Positions 18,001 to 31,323 of a stretch of DNA of 64,000 nt are shown here, one piece after another. The DNA is taken from the NCBI GenBank assembly GCA_964016885.1, contig OZ024743.1:240188001-240252000 (forward strand), read 5' to 3'. Both the position numbers and the translations under genes were made by a program. The notes under the pieces were generated by a model. It did not search any database and had not been told where the DNA came from. It saw only the letters and a list, made by a program, of their open reading frames with translations. Source of the DNA: Eledone cirrhosa (taxonomy: Eukaryota). How positions within the stretch are numbered: position 1 is the first letter of the stretch; each line of letters begins with the position of its first letter.

Positions 18001-20588
18001 TAGACACCTTCCACTAGATACCATCCACTAGATACCATCCACTAGATACCATCCACTAGACACCATCCACTAGACACCATCCACTAGACACCATCCACTA
18101 GACACCATCCACTAGACACCATCCACTAGATACCATCAACTAGATACCTTCCACTAGACACCATCCACTAGACACCATCCACTACATACCGTCCATTAGA
18201 TACCATCCACTAGACACCATCCACTAGACACAATCCACTAGACACAATCCAATAGATACCATCCACTAGACACCATCCACTAGACACCATCCACTAGATA
18301 CCATCCACTAGACACCATCCACTAGACACCATCCACTAGACACCTTCCACTAGACACCATCCACTAGACACCATCCACTAGACACCATCCACTAGACACC
18401 ATCCACTAGATACCATCCACTAGATACCATCCACTAGACACCATCCACTAGACACCATCCACTAGACACCATCCACTAGACACCATCCACTAGACACCAT
18501 CCACTAGATACCATCCACTAGATACCATCACTAGATACCATCCACTAGACACCATCCACTAGACACCATCTACTAGACACCATCCACTAGATACCATCAC
18601 TAGATACCATCCACTAGACACCATCCCCTAGAAACAATCCACTAGACACCATTCACTAGACACCATACACTAGATACCAGCCACTAGACACCATTCACTA
18701 GATACCATCCATTAAACACCATCCACTAGATACCATCTACTAGACACCATCCACTAGACCCCATCCACTAGTCACCATCCACTAGACACCATTCACTAGA
18801 CACCATCCACTAGACACTATCCACTAGACACCATCCACTAGTCACCATCCACTAGACACCATCCACTAGACACCATCCTCTAGCCACCATTCACTAGACA
18901 CCATCAACTAGATACCTTCCTCTAGACACCATCCACTAGACACCATCCACTACATACCGTCCACTAGATACCATCCACTAGACACCATCCACTAGACACC
19001 ATCCACTAGATACCATCCACTAGATACCATCCACTAGACACCATCCATAGATACCATCCACTAGATACCATCCACTACATACCATCCACTAGATACCATC
19101 CACTAGATACCATCCACTACATACCGTCCACTAGATACCATCCACTAGACACCATCCACTACATACCGTCCACTAGATACCATCCACTAGACACCATCCA
19201 CTAGACACCATCCACTAGATACCATCCACTAGATACCATCCACTAGACACCATCCATAGATACCATCCACTAGATACCATCCACTACATACCGTCCACTA
19301 GATACCATCCACTAGACACCATCCACTACATACCGTCCACTAGGTACCATCCACTAGACACCATCCACTAGACACCATCCACTAGATACCATCCACTAGA
19401 TACCATCCACTAGACACCATCCATAGATACCATCCACTAGATACCATCCTCTAGATACCATCCACTAGATACCATCCACTATCTACTAGACACCATCCAC
19501 TAGACACCGTCCACTAGACACCATCCACTAGATACCATCTACTAGATACCATCCACTAGACACCATCCACTAGACACCATCCAATAGACACCATCCACTA
19601 GACACCATCCACTAGACACCATCCACTAGATACTATCCACTAGATACCATCCACTAGATACCATCCACTAGATACCATCCACTAGATTCCATCCACTAGA
19701 TACCATCCACTAGACACCATCCACTATCTACTATCTACTAGACACCATCCACTAGATACCGTCCATTAGACACCGTCCACTAGACACCATCCACTAGACA
19801 CCATCCACTAGATACCATCCACTAGATTCCATCCACTAGATACCATCCACTAGACACCATCCGCTATCTACTATCTACTAGACACCATCCACTAGACACC
19901 GTCCACTAGACACCGTCCACTAGATACCATCCACAAGATACCATCCACTAGACACCATCCACCACATACCATCCACTAGACACCGTCCACTAGACACCAT
20001 CCACTAGACACCATCCACTAGATACCATCCACTAGATTCCATCCACTAGATACCATCCACTAGACACCATCCGCTATCTACTATCTACTAGACACCATCC
20101 ACTAGACACCGTCCACTAGACACCGTCCACTAGATACCATCCACAAGATACCATCCACTAGACACCATCCACCACATACCATCCACTAGACACCGTCCAC
20201 TAGACACCATCCACTTAACACCATCCACTAGACACCATCCACTAGATACCATCCACTAGATACCAACCACTAGATACCATCCACTAGACACCATCCACTA
20301 GATACCATCCACTAGATACCATCCACTAGATACCAACCACAAGATACCATCCACTAGACACCATCCACCACATACCATCCACTAGACACCGTCCACTAGA
20401 CACCATCCACTTAACACCATCCACTAGACACCATCCACTAGATACCATCCACTAGATACCAACCACTAGATACCATCCACTAGACACCATCCACTAGATA
20501 CCATCCACTAGATACCATCCACTAGATACCAACCACTAGATACCATCCACTAGACACCATCCACTAGATACCATCCACTAGACACCAT
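1..20588. repeat. 14-bp tandem satellite, consensus TAGAYACCATCCAC (~1470 units, runs off the left edge)
   Basis: Continuous 14-bp periodicity with point variants and occasional TATCTAC 7-mer inserts; ends abruptly at a (TG)/(TA)/(GA) microsatellite at ~20589. Confidence 0.98.
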
Positions 20589-20692
20589 ATGTGTGTATAT
20601 ATATAGAGAGAGAGAGAGATAGATAGATAGATATAAATACTTATATTAGAAAAGGGAAGTAAGGTTCTAGACAAAACACTAGATATATGTTT

Positions 20693-20733
<41 letters not shown>

Positions 20734-20915
20734 AAAGAACAGAGGTGTAACACAAAAGTTATTATATATTGATAAACGGAATAGAAAATGCTGACAAATT
20801 GTGCACAGTGAAAAATACTTTAATTAGGAATAAGTGAGATGCAGAACAATTATATGAAAGACGTAAAATAAGAAAATTTTAAAAATTAAAAATCAACTTA
20901 CTTACTAAAATTTTC

Positions 20916-20997
20916 ACTCCAACTAATTAGTTTCTGTAAGGGGATAAATATATTTACGTAATATAACTTTAGAGAATTCCTTACGTCATCAGGGAGT
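20916..20997 (-). ncRNA. Type I hammerhead ribozyme motif
   Basis: Minus strand: ACTCC-CTGATGA-cGTAAGG...CCTTACa-GAAAC-TAATTA-GTT-GGAGT; stems I and II pair; stem III region AACTAATTAGTT is palindromic. Confidence 0.8.
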
Positions 20998-21519
20998 CTA
21001 TTCTCAGCTAAGTTCCCAGGCGTTGCGCGGACACTAGGAACCCATATAAAAATAATAATTCAGTGGATGGAATAAAGCTAGCGAGGACTAAATTCCAGAG
21101 CACTGAAAAAATTCACTACGTCTTTCATATAATTGTTCTGCATCCCCCTGCATAGAACCACAAAGGTACTAAGACATAACATATATATTTGCTAGCATGG
21201 GTGCACATCTGTACACATATGTTGGTAGATGTACTAATTCTCTATATTTATCTCCAAATTATTTGTTGAGCAAAACTTGCCAAAATTTACTGCTGATTCA
21301 TGGTAGTAGTAGGCTCTTGTCATAATACCACCCCGCTCCTAACTGATTAACCTCAGTGTCACGTGATTGATTCTTTAGAATCTGCCACTGACCAGAGGTA
21401 GTGAATTTTTTCAGTGCTCTGGAATTTAGTCCTCGCTAGCTTTATTCCATCCACTGAATTATTATTTTTATATGGGTTCCTAGTGTCCGCGCATCGCCTG
21501 GGAACTTAGCTGAGAATAG

Positions 21520-21601
21520 ACTCCCTGATGACGTAAGGAATTCTCTATAGTTATATTACGTAACTATATTTATCCCCTTACAGAAACTAATTAGTTGGAG
21601 T
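21520..21601 (+). ncRNA. Type I hammerhead ribozyme motif
   Basis: ACTCC-CTGATGA-cGTAAGG...CCTTACa-GAAAC-TAATTA-GTT-GGAGT; ACTCC/GGAGT stem I, GTAAGG/CCTTAC stem II, GUU triplet. Confidence 0.8.
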
Positions 21602-21657
21602 GAAAGTTTTAGTAAGTAAGTTGATTTTTAATTTTTTAAATTTTCTTATTTTACGTC

Positions 21658-22312
<655 letters not shown>

Positions 22313-22362
22313 TATATACATACATACATACATATATACATATATCTCGCTCTCTCTCTCTA

Positions 22363-22529
<167 letters not shown>

Positions 22530-22574
22530 AAGTTAAATAAAAAGTCAAATGTTTAAAATTTAGCTTCGTTTATT

Positions 22575-22629
22575 ACTGCTATATTTATTTCAGTGACAGC
22601 CATCTTTGGCTGTGACCTCTTCAGGCAGT
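22575..22629 (-). ncRNA. Type I hammerhead ribozyme motif
   Basis: Minus strand: ACTGC-CTGAAGA-GGTcACAGCC aaagat GGCTGTcACT-GAAAT-AAAT-ATA-GCAGT; perfect 5-bp stem I, ~9-bp stem II, AUA triplet. Confidence 0.8.
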
Positions 22630-23127
22630 CCGAATTAGTGTGGTATAGACAAGTACATATGTTGTTGAGGTGTATAATATTGTCAATACTCTGATATGCC
22701 CAGTTCCTGGTTGGGTTGTTATTTCACTAAGGAACTGGAATCATATGAATTCAAACAAACGAATTTCAGTGTCAAAGGGCCTCTTCTCCTCTCATTGGTC
22801 AGTTGTTAGAACATTCCTCATTCTAAGTGTTGTTATTGTTGGAGTTAGCTTATATATAAATAAACGGAAAAAATTAAACGAAATTACATTTCCCACTATT
22901 AGTATGGCTGTTACTTAAATATAAGTATGTACACGTACATACATATATGTATACAGACGTACAGTAGTATGTATATATATATACATACATGCAGACATAT
23001 ATATATGTACGTATGGAGTCACCGAACAGTTATTATAATGCTCGGTGTGTTTGTAAAGAAACATCCCGTATTAAGCCGTAGTGTCTAGCAACCATCGTTG
23101 CTCGTTTGTTCAACACTGACAAAGGAA

Positions 23128-23168
23128 CGCTGTACTAGTTTCAAGCTTATTAGCTATCGTCAGCAATG
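23128..23168 (-). ncRNA. Minimal type I hammerhead ribozyme motif
   Basis: Minus strand: CATTG-CTGACGA-tAGCTaatAAGCTt-GAAAC-TA-GTA-CAGCG (one mismatch in stem I). Confidence 0.7.
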
Positions 23169-23452
23169 TATACCTTCCTGCCAGATTGTTGAACGTATAT
23201 ACTTACTTTATGCATATTAACGGCTGAGTAGCCCAATTTGCATATCGAGTGGGTTAATCGGCCGGGTACACCGAAAACGATAAACGGAAAAAATGAAACG
23301 AAATTTCATTTCCCACTCTTAGTACGGCTGTTACTTAAATATAAGTATGTACACGTACATACATATATGTATACAGACGTACAGTAGTATGTATATATAT
23401 ATACATACATGCACACATATATATATGTTCAGCAATTTGGCATGAAGGTATA

Positions 23453-23493
23453 CGTTGCTGACGATAGCTAATAAGCTTGAAACTAGTACAGCG
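23453..23493 (+). ncRNA. Minimal type I hammerhead ribozyme motif
   Basis: CGTTG-CTGACGA-tAGCTaatAAGCTt-GAAAC-TA-GTA-CAGCG; palindromic ACTAGT in stem III, GUA triplet. Confidence 0.8.
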
Positions 23494-23720
23494 TTCCTTT
23501 GTCCGTGTTGAACAAACGAGCAACGAAGGTTGCTAGACACTACGGCTTAATACGGGATGTTTGTTTACAAACACCGAGCATTATAATAAATGTTCGGTGA
23601 ATCCATACGTACATATATATATGTGTGTGCATGTATGTATATATATATATACATACTACTGTACGTCTGTATACATATATGTATGTACGTGTACATACTT
23701 ATATATATATATATATATAT

Positions 23721-24330
23721 TCAAAATGACAAAGCTGATGCATGTTGACAATGGCCCAGATCCCCCTCCGCCTCTTTTTGATCCCGACGCCGTGAAAATT
23801 GTCAGCTCCCTCATTTGACCGGGTCAACAGTCACCAGTAATGGAGACCTGACACCGGAGGTCAACAGCAGATGTTGCCTGGCTGCCGGGCCCATGCAATA
23901 GCTATAGAAGCTCCTTTGGCAAAGAGGATTGGCAGCTTCGATAGCAGAGGCCTGCGGAACTTCGAAAACATCAGATGGAACCACCACGTTCCCAACAAAG
24001 TGTTGCGTGCGTGCACGCATCATCCCACAGCTTCCCGCTTTCATAGCTATGTGCCGCATGCGCTGATACGGACATCTCCTCCGATTTCCACCAGATCATC
24101 CTACCAGAGGCTTGCCCTCGTTTGACGTGGCAGCTACAGGCTGGGGTACACCCCGCGGTGGGATCCACGCCGGATGGTTGGATGTCATCAGGGAAAATCT
24201 CCAGAGGCTCGAAATCAACTTGGGGGATGCAGAGGAGCTGGTTAAGAACCGCCAGCGGTGGTGGACCTAGTCAGCTCTACACACGACGATGCTTTGGGAT
24301 CGCTGGCTTAGGATGACCCCGGCCTCATTC
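23721..24330 (+). mobile_element. 5'-truncated RTE-clade LINE 3' fragment (degenerate)
   Basis: GC-rich island between (TA)n tracts; translates across frames to KTK-like/GSTVTSNGDLTPEVNSR, FDSRGLR..IRWNHHVPNKVL, RPRGG..WLDVIRENL..NRQRW, typical of the RTE C-terminus. Confidence 0.75.
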
Positions 24331-24342
24331 AGCAAAAAGAAG

Positions 24343-24381
<39 letters not shown>

Positions 24382-24387
<6 letters not shown>

Positions 24388-24928
24388 TGGATGAATACCT
24401 CAACAGGTACTATGTACTTGTAGAAATATACAAGGTGTTTATAATATTTGTGGTTCAATGGTACTAATTCGAGATACCAGAACAATATAAAAAATAGCGG
24501 AGGAAGCGGTTATCAAACAATTCTCTAAATAAATTAAAAAATGATTTAAATAATCACCTGTCCTATTGCTGTTACCGACGGTTTCATCATTCCAAAAGAT
24601 TGGAAATCCAAAGAATCTCCAATGGAAAGAAATGAATCTTCAGACAGCTTATTTCCACACCATAAGGTTGCTAACCTTACAGTAAGTAAATATTTCGCTT
24701 CCTGCCCAACGCATGCTGTCAAGCCGTTAAAATGACACACACGCAAAATCAGGTCGCAGATAATAGCTGTTTATTATAAACATGTTGATATTGCCACTAA
24801 AATTAGCAGCATTATTCAACGTTTTGTTCTCTACATAAGGAGAAAAATTATAAAAGTGGATGAATACCTCAACAGGTACTATGTACTTGTAGAAATATCC
24901 AAGGTGTTTATAATATTTGTGGTTCAAT

Positions 24929-24932
<4 letters not shown>
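24382..24932 (-). mobile_element. Hammerhead cassette with 82-bp terminal direct repeat (period 469 bp) between (TA)n tracts
   Basis: TAAAAGTGGATGAATACC...GGTTCAATGGTA at 24382-24463 and 24851-24932; internal hammerhead motif. Confidence 0.8.
24568..24648 (-). ncRNA. Type I hammerhead ribozyme motif
   Basis: Minus strand: GCTGT-CTGAAGA-tTCATT...AATGAt-GAAAC-CGTCG-GTA-ACAGC; perfect stem I, extended stem II, GUA triplet. Confidence 0.8.
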
Positions 24933-24968
<36 letters not shown>

Positions 24969-25479
24969 TATAATGATCAACCAGAGAAAACACAGATAAA
25001 TTATGGATTGGAAATTCACGAAGCAAATTGATTACTATAAGGACTTCAGTATTTCAGGTACGTAGGACTGGGCTCGTTAAGGAAGAACACATCGATCGTT
25101 TGTTTTTGTTTTGAACCGTTTCTGTTTCACATTGAAATATCATATTGAAATATACTGGGTAAAACATTACTTCGTTTTGTTTTATTTGTCATGCTTTGCC
25201 CTTTATATATATCTACTGTATTGTACCGGCTTTCTGAAATACCACTCAGCTTTGGCCCTTGTGGCCAATAAATGAAATCATTATTATATATATGTGTGTG
25301 TGTATGTGTGTGAGTGTGTGTGTGTATATATGTGTGTGTGGGCGTGTGTGTGTTACCAATCTTAATTGGTAAGACTATGATTCAACTTAGTACTCCTTAC
25401 GTAAAGAAAATGGAGGGGAGATATTCTAGGACAGAGATACGCTACTTGCCGGTAGGGAATAGAGAATATCCACACATAA

Positions 25480-25514
<35 letters not shown>

Positions 25515-25519
25515 CACAC

Positions 25520-25572
<53 letters not shown>

Positions 25573-25573
<1 letters not shown>

Positions 25574-25745
25574 GGGTATGACATTAAACTGCATCTAATG
25601 GCAAGGCTCCAGTTCGGGAGTTCAGGAGCTGTGGGGAATGTGGAGTTACCCCTTAATTGTAATCACTCCCAGGTCTGCTATGACTCTGAGTAGTAAAATA
25701 ATTACTTTATTCGAGTGGCTCCGGTAAGGTATTATAAGCTATTGA
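25573..25745 (+). repeat. Dispersed SINE-like repeat fragment
   Basis: GGGTATGACATTAAACTGCATCT...GGCTCCAGTT...ACTCCCAGGTC resembles a repeat I recall as abundant in octopus genomes; flanked by (TA)n. Confidence 0.5.
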
Positions 25746-25756
25746 AAAGAATCATA

Positions 25757-25818
<62 letters not shown>

Positions 25819-26112
25819 GAGAAAATAGACGAATCGATACATTTAGTAGAACACTGGAATAACAAGGTTGTGGTTATTAATACAAGAGAAAATATTTTAA
25901 CAATGTCAGATATTTACGGTAAATATATCAATGGGACTGATATGGCAAGAAAGATTTTGAGACTAAAACATTTTGAAACCAGACTTTTCAGTTACATACA
26001 GCCATAACTGAAAATTATATGATTAGGTTTAACACTACAGTTCTTGAGAGGGAGAGAGAGAGTGTGTGTGTGAGAGAGAGAGTTTGTGTGTGTATGTGTG
26101 AGAGAGAGAAAG

Positions 26113-26275
<163 letters not shown>

Positions 26276-26369
26276 ATATGGTTCGGCTGCTGCTGAAGGA
26301 AGATTTCATTAACATACAAGATTTGCAAAACATTTTGGAAAATAAATATACTTGAAAGAAACTTACCAT

Positions 26370-27235
26370 TCTTGGATGTGGGTACATATTCTTGGTATAT
26401 TATGTGGGTACATATCATTCTTGGTACATTATTATGTGGGTACATATCCTTGTTGGTATATTTTGTGGGTACATATCCTTGTTGGTATAGTATGTGGGTA
26501 CATATCCTTGGTATATTATGTGGGTACATATCCTTATTGGTATATTGTGTGGGTACATATCCTTATTGGTATATTGTGTTGGTACATATCCTTGTTGGTA
26601 TATTGTGTGGGTACATATCCTTATTGGTATATTGTGTGGGTACATATCCTTGTTGGTATATTGTGTGGGTACATATCCTTGTTGGTATATTATGTGGGTA
26701 CATATTCTTGTTGGTATATTATGTGCGTACATATTCTTGGTATATTATGTGGGTACATATCCGTGTTGGTATATTATGTGGGTACATATCCTTAGATGTA
26801 TATATTGTGGATACATATCCATGTTGATATACTATGTGGGTACATATCATTGTTGGCATACTGTGTGGGTAGATATCCATGTTAGTACATTGTGTGGTAC
26901 CCTTAATACACTATGTGGGTACATATCCGTGTTGATATACCATGCGGGTACATGGTATATCAACACGGTATACCTTGTAGGTATACCATGTGGGTAGATA
27001 TCCATGTTAGTACATTGTGTGGGCACATACCATTAATACACTATTTGGCTACATATCCGTGTTGGTATACTGTGTGGGTACATACCCGTGTTGGTATACT
27101 GTGTGGGTACATATCCATGTTGGTATACTGCGTGGGTACATATCCATGTTGGTATACTGTGTGGGTACATATCCATGTTGGTATACTGTGTGGGTACATA
27201 TCCATGTTGGTATACTGTGTGGGTACATATCCATG
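26370..27235. repeat. 29-bp minisatellite (TGTGGGTACATATCCTTGTTGGTATATTG), degenerate continuation to ~27820
   Basis: ~30 tandem units; ORF track shows periodic YCVGTYP/WVHI peptides. Confidence 0.95.
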
Positions 27236-27269
27236 ATGAAATATTCCTTGTGTCTAAAAGTCTAATGTC

Positions 27270-27531
27270 TGTCTTAAGCCAGAGGCTCAATTGGCCGGTG
27301 TTTATACCAGTTTCATGGCGTGAAGCGACTGAGAGTACAAGACTCCCCTGGACAGGATGCCAGTCCATCGCAGGGTAATAATTGCTATTGCTGGTACTCA
27401 TCTTCAGCTGAGTATACTGGAGCAATGTGAAATGAAGTGTCTTGCTCAAGAACACATCATGCAACCCAGAAATTGAACCCACAACATTGTGGTCGTAAGT
27501 CCAACTCTCCTATCACTAGGCTACGTGCCTC
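27270..27531 (-). mobile_element. tRNA-derived SINE with conserved central core (Meta/V-like), inserted in the minisatellite
   Basis: Minus strand: GGAGGCACGTAGCCTAGTG (A box)...GGTTCAATT (B box)...GTGTTCTTGAGCAAGACACTT...CCCTGCGATGGACTGGCATCCTGTCCAGGGG. Confidence 0.75.
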
Positions 27532-27912
27532 CACTATTCCTTGGGTACATATCCTTAATTGTGGGTACACAGCCTTGTTGAAGCATCACTGTAAGTGCAC
27601 TCGATATCCCTGTTGGTGCAGTTTTGTGTTGGAGTACTATGGCGCCTGGTGTATATACATGTTGGTACAATACTCGTGGTATATATCCATGTTGGTGCAT
27701 TAATGCTGGTATATATATCCATGTTAGTACATTAATGTTGGTATATATCCATGTTAGTACATTACTGTTGGTATATTATTACGTTGGTACATGGTGATAG
27801 ATCCATCATTGGTACACATCCTAAAAAGAAATGTCTAGTGTTATATATACTTAAACATTGATAACCAAAAAGGTATATATAATTTGAAACACAAAAGAGG
27901 TTCATATATTTG

Positions 27913-28027
<115 letters not shown>

Positions 28028-29629
28028 TTATATATATAATATTAATATATATATATAATCTCTTTCTCATATATATTGTATATATACATACTTTTTATGT
28101 GTAGGCTTCGCCATAGCTGTGATTATAAATTTCGCTTCGCAACAACCTGCTTCGAATCCATGGCATGTTGCGCAAGGAACTTTTACTTTAGCAGCGAGTT
28201 TACCAATGATTTGTGAATAACATTTGCGTGTGTGTGTGGTAAAGCAGAAACATGGTATATCACAATATGTCAGATTATCATAATATATTTTAAATATATA
28301 TATCAAAACTTTCCATGTAAATCCAGGTAGAATGTTGTAGTCTCAGATATATGATACGTCTTTTTTATATCATTGAAATAGACTATGAAGAACATGTTGT
28401 ACTTTATACAACTAAAATTTAAAAAATGATATACTCGTTGCGATCTTGTATATATTCTGTTGAATATCAGGTTTCATCATTTGAAATTTGTAAATTCATG
28501 TAGTATGCTATCTTCTTTAATGTACACATTCAATATTATGGTGTATATCTTTTAAGTACTAAACAACGAGACCAGCTCCAAGTAATTTTTCTTTCTGTGA
28601 CACACATTAACTTTTCAAATTCCCTCGTAATTGAAAATTATTTCCTTTTCTGTGTGTGAAGGTATCACTGAGCAGGTTGTACTTTTTTCAATGAAGGACA
28701 GGCATCATGAGCTTTTCTTATGGTTACCATGACTAATGGAATGAATGCAGGAATTTCTCCTCGAACTGCAGTCCTGGCCTCTTTGTTTCCAACAGCGTGG
28801 GCTTTACAGAAGGTATCCAAGGTCCAGGTGATTCTGATAAATTATGTCTCCTGACTCATGAACAAGATGGCATTCAAAGATTTCCATGACACATCTCAGG
28901 AGAATAGAAACTTTTTTTTTTATTTTTTTTTTTTTATGGCTGGTCTGACTTCTTTACAGATGCTAATGTTACAGGTGGTGATTGATAAAGTTTAGCAACG
29001 ATAAACAGGATATAATCTGCCATGTTTGGAGAATAAGAATTCGAAGATATACATATTACTCCTATGACTCAATGAGATATAACAGACTTGTGTGAAGTCA
29101 CGTGAACACAGTTCCAATGTTAAATAATATCGTATGCAAATAACCTCTTATTTTTTCATGACGAAATCGATTTTAAGTTCAGATTGCCGTTTTTTTAATT
29201 GCTGTTCTGTTCTTTGTTCGTTATATATAATGTTTTATTTTTTTCACTTTCTAGCTACAAATTCATGATCCGTGCGTAGTTTGTCCAAACAGATGGTAAA
29301 ATAACAATTACACATACATACACAGACATACACACTTATGTTAAGAGAAAAAATATACACACACACACATACATACATACATACATACACAAATACACAT
29401 ATATACACATATGTCATTTGGTTATCAAATACAAAAGCAGATAAAAAGTAAACATCTTGTGAACAAGAGAAGTTATTGAATAAAATATCAGACTTCTTTC
29501 AAATATTTATTTGATAACAATTAGTTGTTGTTCGCTTCAAACACATCATTATTGATAAAGAACATAGAAAAATATCACTGGTGACAAGTCGAAATCTGAA
29601 TTATATCCAGCAATAAATTATATATAAAT

Positions 29630-29685
29630 GTATTTTATATATATATATATATATATATACATACATACATACATATGTGTGTATG

Positions 29686-29773
<88 letters not shown>

Positions 29774-30088
29774 GGTACGCTTCTATACATATATATGTGC
29801 GTCAGGTGTGTGTATACACAAGTATAAACATAATATATATATACACGTATAAATATACATGTATACATATATATATACATATATACACATATACATATAT
29901 ACACATATAGGTATGTACATACAGGTATATATATATACATATATATATATATACATTTATATATATATATATATACATATATATATACATATATACATAT
30001 ACATATAGATATATACGTATGCTTACATACATATACATATAAATATATACATATAAATACATATACATATATATATATAAACATATAC

Positions 30089-30120
<32 letters not shown>

Positions 30121-30327
30121 ATATACATACACATGTATATATATACATAAACATATATATCTACACACACATATATATATATACGTATATATATATATAT
30201 ACATATATATGTATATACATACACACACACATATATATACACATATATACAGACATATATATATATATACACACATATATATACATATATATACATATAT
30301 ATATATACATAAATATATATATGTATA

Positions 30328-30401
<74 letters not shown>

Positions 30402-30560
30402 TATATATATATATACATTTATATACACACATATACATACATATACATATATATATATATACACATATACATACACATATATATATGTATGCATATGTAT
30501 ATATAGATATGTGTGTGTGTGTGTATGTATATATATATAAGTATGCGCACGTACACACAC

Positions 30561-30590
<30 letters not shown>
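29630..30590. repeat. Compound (TA)n/(CA)n/(TG)n low-complexity tract
   Basis: ~1 kb of mixed dinucleotide repeats. Confidence 0.95.
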
Positions 30591-30591
<1 letters not shown>

Positions 30592-30663
30592 AAGAAAAAG
30601 AGATGAAATCGAAAATGCAACCGAAGTCTTATTTTTTTTTTAAATATATATATTTATTTGGTT

Positions 30664-30701
30664 CCTTTACCGGTTTCGCAGTTCTTCTGCTTTTCAAAAG
30701 G
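30664..30701 (-). ncRNA. Minimal hammerhead motif, U3-A8 core variant
   Basis: Mirror copy of 30885-30922. Confidence 0.65.
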
Positions 30702-30884
30702 TGAGTTGAGATGGAGGGTCTGTGGTTTTTCTCACATCTGGTTGGTCTCTGAATGTTACTTGTTTTATATGGAAAAAGTGGCTCGAAATTCCTGGAATTT
30801 CGAGCCACTTTTTCCATATAAAACAGGTAACATTCAGAGACCAACCAGATGTGAGAAAAACCACAGACCCTCCATCTCAACTCA

Positions 30885-30922
30885 CCTTTTGAAAAGCAGA
30901 AGAACTGCGAAACCGGTAAAGG
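30885..30922 (+). ncRNA. Minimal hammerhead motif, U3-A8 core variant
   Basis: CCTT-TTGAAAA-GCAG aagaa CTGC-GAAAC-CG-GTA-AAGG; perfect stems I and II, palindromic ACCGGT stem III. Confidence 0.65.
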
Positions 30923-31053
30923 AACCAAATAAATATATATATTTTTTTAAAAAATAAGACTTCGGTTGCATTTTCGATTTCATCTCTTTTTCTTTATACT
31001 TTCACTCGTGTAGGACACCTCGGTTATTTTTCATTTTGTAAAAAAAACCTCAC

Positions 31054-31160
<107 letters not shown>

Positions 31161-31323
31161 TATACAGATAGGTGAAATTATGTATATATATATATATATA
31201 TATACATATATATACAGATAGGTGAAATTATGTATATATATACATAAAGGTGAAATTAAAATCCAGCGAAACTGGTCAAAGATGTAACTAACGGTTTTCA
31301 TCAAAGGGTACAGCCTGGCTGAA

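Larger units (their letters stand above)
22861..23703. mobile_element. Hammerhead cassette: 420-bp-period partial tandem plus inverted arm
   Basis: Direct repeat 22861-23007 / 23281-23427; inverted arms ~22921-23194 / 23427-23703; short TA run on the left and (TA)n on the right. Confidence 0.8.

Noticed and set aside
1-20588. CRISPR array or repetitive protein gene
   Set aside because: No unique spacers, eukaryotic context, and CTAG gives stops in all frames.
28630-28910. Higher-complexity island, possible exon (also 39540-39990)
   Set aside because: No convincing ORF, splice pair or recognisable peptide; needs RNA-seq or BLAST.
30629-30957. Near-identical 99-aa ORFs on both strands
   Set aside because: Consequence of the DNA palindrome; non-ATG starts and no recognisable domain.
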